Part shown: piece after piece, positions 59,800 to 64,000 of the stretch
How positions within the stretch are numbered: position 1 is the first letter of the stretch
Layout: the number at the start of each line of letters is the position of its first letter
NCBI GenBank assembly: GCA_963819385.1
Contig: CAWFVV010000006.1
Coordinates: 3,149,812 to 3,213,811 of the forward strand
Direction: 5' to 3'
Source of the DNA: an uncultured Alphaproteobacteria bacterium
GTDB lineage: Bacteria > Pseudomonadota > Alphaproteobacteria > Rhizobiales > Xanthobacteraceae
DNA: 64,000 bases
Made by a program: the position numbers and the translations under genes
Notes under the pieces: generated by a model
The model's input: only the letters and a program-made list of their open reading frames with translations
What the model was told of the DNA's origin: nothing
Database searches by the model: none

Positions 59800-59816
59800 C
59801 GCGCGTCAGGGAAGAG

Positions 59817-59901
<85 letters not shown>

Positions 59902-60180
59902 AACGGCGCAGACATACTGGCGGGGGATTTGGGTTGTCAAATCCCCTGTGTCTCCCTCGTGTCCCGGCCGAGCAAAACGAGAGCCTGGACACGAGGGGCG
60001 GCACGCTCATCGACAGCCTTCAGGCAGCCGCTGGGTCCCGGTTCTGCGGTGCACCGCTACGCGCTGCACCGCGCCCGGGACACGAGGCTGCGCTCCCCCT
60101 ATACAGCCCCGAATCGATCCTGTATCCCGCTCGCGAGCTTCCGCCCAAATCACCGTGCGCGCACCGATGCGAGAGGCCGC

Positions 60181-61154
60181 ATGACCGTCCAATCCGATTT
60201 CGACACGCTGGTCACCGTCTTCGGCGGCTCCGGATTCGTCGGCCGCCATGTCGTGCGGGCGCTCGCCAAGCGCCATTACCGCATCCGTGTCGCGGTGCGC
60301 CGGCCGGAGCTCGCGAACTATCTCCAGCCGCTCGGCCGGGTCGGGCAGATCCACGCCGTGCAGGCGAATGTGCGCCACCCGGGCTCGGTCGCAACCGCGG
60401 TGCGCGACGCCGACGCGGTCGTCAACCTCGTCGGCATCCTGCGCGAGCAGGGCCGCCAGCGCTTCGAGACCATACAGCGCGAGGGCGCCGAGGCGGTCGC
60501 GCGGGCGGCGGCGATGCACGGCGCGCGCCTCGTGCACATGTCGGCGCTCGGCGTCGACGCGACCGCGACGTCCGCTTATGCGCGCTCGAAGGCGGCGGGC
60601 GAGCAGGCGGTGCTCGCGGCGGTGCCGCATGCCACGATCATCCGCCCCTCGATCGTGTTCGGTCCGGAGGACGACTTCTTCAACAAGTTCGCGTCGCTCG
60701 CCCGTTTCCTGCCGGCGCTGCCGCTGATCGGCGGCGGCAAGACGCGCTTCCAGCCGGTGTTCGCCGGCGATGTCGCGGCCGCGGTCGCGGCCGCGGTCGC
60801 GGGCGAGACCAAGCCGGGCGCAGCTTACGAGCTTGGCGGGCCCGAGGTGCTGACGTTCCGCGAGCTGATGCGTTACGTGCTGGACACCATCGAACGCCGC
60901 CGGCTGCTGGTGCCGATCCCGTTCGGGCTCGCGAAGCTGCAGGCGACCTTCATGCAGCTCATGCCCAACCCGCCGCTCACCCGCGACCAGGTGGAGATGC
61001 TCCGGCGCGACAGCGTCGTGTCGGACGCGGCGGCGCAGGAAAGCGCACGCTCGCCGGCCTCGGCATCGAGCCGACCTCGGTCCAGGCGATCGTGCCGTCG
61101 TATCTCTGGCGCTTCCGCCGCGCCGGCCAGTTCAAGCGGCTGCGCCACGGGTAG
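60181..61154 (+). pseudogene. NAD(P)H-binding complex-I NDUFA9-like/NmrA-like protein, frameshifted near 61045
   Basis: GGSGFVGRHVVRAL Rossmann motif. The conserved C-terminus (RTLAGLGIEPTSVQAIVPSYLWRFRRAGQFKRLRHG) is in the other frame after ...SDAAAQE. Confidence 0.6.
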
Positions 61155-61276
61155 AGGAAGCGCGCTCTCTTTCCCGAAGTTAATCGTAGGATGGGTTGAG
61201 CGCAGCGAAACCCATCATCGTCCTTTGTGCTCGAAGCGATGGGTTTCGCTGTCGCTCAACCCATCCTACGCACCTC

Positions 61277-62089
61277 CTACTTCCAGCCCAATCCCACCGT
61301 CAGCGCGATGAGGCCGAGCGCGCCGACGATCAGGCGCCACCAGGCGAACACCATGAAGCCGTGGCGCGAGACGTAGCCGAGGAACGTCTTCACCACGATC
61401 CAGCCGAAGACGAACGAGACCGCAAAGCCGATGGCGATCAGCAGCGCGCCGTTCGACGACAGGTCGTGGCGGCTCTTCCATAGGTCGAACGCGAAGGCGC
61501 CCGCCATGGTCGGCATCGCGAGCCAGAACGAGAATTCGGCCGCGGCGCGCCGGTCGGAGCCGAGCAGCATGGCGGACACGATGGTCGCGCCCGAGCGCGA
61601 CACGCCCGGGATCATGGCGAAGCACTGGCAGACGCCGATCGCGAAATACATCGGCATCGGAAACGTGATCACGTCGCGGTGGCGCGGCTTGAGCTCGAGG
61701 CTCTCGACCCACATGAGCACGACGCCGCCGACGATGAGCGCGACGCACACGATCCACGGGTTGAACAGCACCGTCTTGATGAAGTTGTGCAGCAGCGCGC
61801 CGAGCACGGCGGCGGGCAGGAACGCGAGCAGGACACCGATGACAAAGCGGCGCGCGGTGGCGTCGATGAAGAAGCCGACCGAGAGCCCGACAATCCGCAT
61901 GAAATAGATCGACAGCAGCGCCAGGATCGCGCCGAACTGGATCAGGATCGCGAAGGTGTTGCCGAAGCCTTCGTCGCCGAAGCCGAAGAAATGCTCCATC
62001 AGCAGCAAATGGCCGGTCGACGACACCGGAAGATATTCGGTGAATCCTTCGACGACGCCGAGGATGACGGCCTTGATGATGTCGAGCAT
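61277..62089 (-). CDS. uppP: undecaprenyl-diphosphate phosphatase (UppP/BacA)
   Basis: 270 aa, 8 TM, motifs VSSTGHLLL and PGVSRSGATI. Confidence 0.85.
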   Translation of the reverse strand: MLDIIKAVILGVVEGFTEYLPVSSTGHLLLMEHFFGFGDEGFGNTFAILIQFGAILALLSIYFMRIVGLSVGFFIDATARRFVIGVLLAFLPAAVLGALLHNFIKTVLFNPWIVCVALIVGGVVLMWVESLELKPRHRDVITFPMPMYFAIGVCQCFAMIPGVSRSGATIVSAMLLGSDRRAAAEFSFWLAMPTMAGAFAFDLWKSRHDLSSNGALLIAIGFAVSFVFGWIVVKTFLGYVSRHGFMVFAWWRLIVGALGLIALTVGLGWK

Positions 62090-62298
62090 GGCGCTTGCGG
62101 CTCCGACGATCTCGAATCGTGGCTTATGTCACTTCTTGCGGTCTTGTGGCCGATACATACCGCCAGAGCAACGGTAAATGCCTGATCCCGCACAACTCTT
62201 GCCGCCCCGATGACGACCACATTAAGGATTTCTATACGCTTGCCCCCCGATTGTAACGCGGCCCGGGGCGATGGCCGGGCGCGTTTTTCGCAAAGCTC

Positions 62299-62991
62299 AT
62301 GCTGACGCTGTTTCATCACGGTCTTTGTCCGCACTCGCGCTTCGTGCGGCTCGCGCTCGGCGAATACGGACTTGCGCACCGGCTGGTGGAAGAACGGCCG
62401 TGGGAGCGCCGCGACGAATTCCTGGCGATGAATCCGGCCGGAACACCGCCGGTGCTGGTCGAGGAAGGCTTCCCGCCGATCCCGGAGGCGCGCACGATCG
62501 CCGAATATCTCGACGAGACGCGCGGCGCGGAACTCGGCGACCATCGGCTGCTGCCGCGCGAGCTGCATGCGCGGGTCGAGGTGCGGCGGCTCATGGGGTG
62601 GTTCGGCGAGAAGTTCTTCGCCGAGGTGAGCGGACCGCTCACCTCCGAACGCGTGCTCAAGCGGCAGATGAGCCGCGCGCAGGGCGGCGGCGCCCCTGAC
62701 ACCGATGCGATCCGTGCGGCGCTCGCCAACATCCGCTATCATCTTGCCTATATCGGCTGGCTGGTGCAGACGCGCGACTGGCTCGCGGGCGATCGGCTCT
62801 CCTATGCGGATCTCGCCGCCGCCGCGCACCTGTCGTCGATCGACTATCTGGGTGACGTGCCGTGGAGCGAAAACGAGGCGGCAAAGAACTGGTACGCGCG
62901 GGTGAAATCGCGCCCGTCGTTCCGTCCGCTGCTCACCGACACGCACGCCGGCATCCCGCCGTCGAAGACCTACGCGGACCTCGACTTCTGA
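62299..62991 (+). CDS. glutathione S-transferase family protein
   Basis: Thioredoxin-like N-domain with Cys ([10 protein letters not shown]) and alpha-helical C-domain. Confidence 0.75.
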   Translation: MLTLFHHGLCPHSRFVRLALGEYGLAHRLVEERPWERRDEFLAMNPAGTPPVLVEEGFPPIPEARTIAEYLDETRGAELGDHRLLPRELHARVEVRRLMGWFGEKFFAEVSGPLTSERVLKRQMSRAQGGGAPDTDAIRAALANIRYHLAYIGWLVQTRDWLAGDRLSYADLAAAAHLSSIDYLGDVPWSENEAAKNWYARVKSRPSFRPLLTDTHAGIPPSKTYADLDF

Positions 62992-64000
62992 ACGAACCGG
63001 CGGAGCTCAAGCGCGCGCTGGCCGACGAGGCGCGCGCGCTCGGCTTCGATGCGGTCGCGGTGACGCGGCCCGACGCGATCCCGCAGGCCAAGGATGCGCT
63101 GACGCGCTTCGTCGCCGATGGCCTGCACGGCGACATGGACTGGCTCGCCGCCAACGCCGAGCGCCGCGGCGACCCGCGCGCGCTGTGGCGCGACGTGCGC
63201 GCGATCGTGATGCTCGGCGTCAACTACGGACCGGCGCGTGATCCGTTGGCGATCCTCCGGGAGCGCGCGCGCGGCGCGATCTCGGTCTATGCGCAGGGCG
63301 ACGACTACCACGATGTGATCAAGCCGCGGCTCAAGGCGCTGGCGCGCTGGCTGGTCGCCAAGGCCGGCGGCGACGTGAAGGTGTTCGTCGATACCGCGGC
63401 CGTGATGGAGAAGCCGCTTGCCGCGAGTGCTGGGCTCGGCTGGCAGGGCAAGCACACCAACCTGGTGTCGCGCCGTTTCGGCTCGTGGCTTTTCCTCGGC
63501 GCGATCTTCACGACGCTCGATCTGCCGCCCGACGCGGCCGAGAGCGACTATTGCGGCCAGTGCCGCGCCTGCCTCGACGTCTGCCCGACCGCGGCCTTTC
63601 CGGCGCCCTATCGGCTCGATGCGCGGCGCTGCATCTCGTATCTCACGATCGAGCACAAGGGTCCGATCCCGCGCGAGCTGCGCGCCCCGATGGGCAATCG
63701 CATCTACGGGTGCGACGACTGCCTCGCGGTGTGCCCGTGGAACAAGTTCGCGCAAGAGGGCCGCAACGCCAAGCTTGCGGCGCGCGAGGCGCTCATGGCA
63801 CCACCACTCGCGGATCTGGCGCGGCTCGACGACGCGGCATTCCGCGCGCTGTTTGCCAAGACACCGGTCAAGCGCACCGGCCGCGACCGCTTCGTGCGCA
63901 ACGTGCTGATCGCGATCGGCAACAGCGGCGATCCGGCGCTCGCGGGCGCGGCGCAAGGGCGGCTCGACGATGCCGCGCCGCTCGTGCGCGGCGCCGCCGT
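62988..64000 (+). CDS. queG: tRNA epoxyqueuosine reductase QueG (3' end outside window); start codon uncertain
   Basis: Two 4Fe-4S ferredoxin motifs ([23 protein letters not shown]) and the cobalamin-binding region. Frame opens at CTG 62988 with no in-frame ATG/GTG nearby. Confidence 0.7.
   Translation, partial: MNEPAELKRALADEARALGFDAVAVTRPDAIPQAKDALTRFVADGLHGDMDWLAANAERRGDPRALWRDVRAIVMLGVNYGPARDPLAILRERARGAISVYAQGDDYHDVIKPRLKALARWLVAKAGGDVKVFVDTAAVMEKPLAASAGLGWQGKHTNLVSRRFGSWLFLGAIFTTLDLPPDAAESDYCGQCRACLDVCPTAAFPAPYRLDARRCISYLTIEHKGPIPRELRAPMGNRIYGCDDCLAVCPWNKFAQEGRNAKLAAREALMAPPLADLARLDDAAFRALFAKTPVKRTGRDRFVRNVLIAIGNSGDPALAGAAQGRLDDAAPLVRGAA

Overview
High-GC (~65%) alpha-proteobacterial chromosome segment. 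The five families of palindromic REP/MITE-like intergenic repeats are typical of Bradyrhizobiaceae (Bradyrhizobium/Rhodopseudomonas/Nitrobacter group). Content in order: (i) the 3' end of a metal ABC permease followed by an IS3-family (IS407-group) insertion sequence and an AT-rich tract with phased 11-bp repeats; (ii) a catabolic island with a Rieske dioxygenase alpha/beta pair, amidohydrolases, an FAD monooxygenase, two apparently orphan xanthine-dehydrogenase-family large subunits, a NitT/TauT-type ABC transporter, a two-subunit CoA transferase and an IorB-IorA-IorB molybdoenzyme set; (iii) a truncated sulfur-oxidation module (FCSD flavoprotein-soxX-soxY-like-soxZ-soxA, no soxB/CD) whose SoxY homologue ends in AACLENLD rather than the canonical GGCGG; (iv) a CoA-dependent carboxylate-type cluster (amidohydrolase, SDR, MmgE/PrpD, enoyl-CoA hydratase, CaiB-type CoA transferase); (v) housekeeping genes (htpG, hpf, rpoN, lptCAB, uppP, rlpA-like, tRNA-Leu, queG); and (vi) a ~6 kb Csu/spore-coat-U-type chaperone-usher pilus island with AT-rich flanks wedged between lptB and rpoN, which are normally adjacent. 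Six otherwise well-conserved genes carry single-nucleotide frameshifts (MFS transporter, iorB2, FCSD flavoprotein, epoxide-hydrolase-like, hpf, NDUFA9-like). This points either to sequence-quality problems or to ongoing pseudogenisation. A ~195-bp element is present twice, each copy nested in REP clusters, and is a candidate MITE or sRNA. Long Arg-rich ORFs antisense to real genes are GC artefacts.
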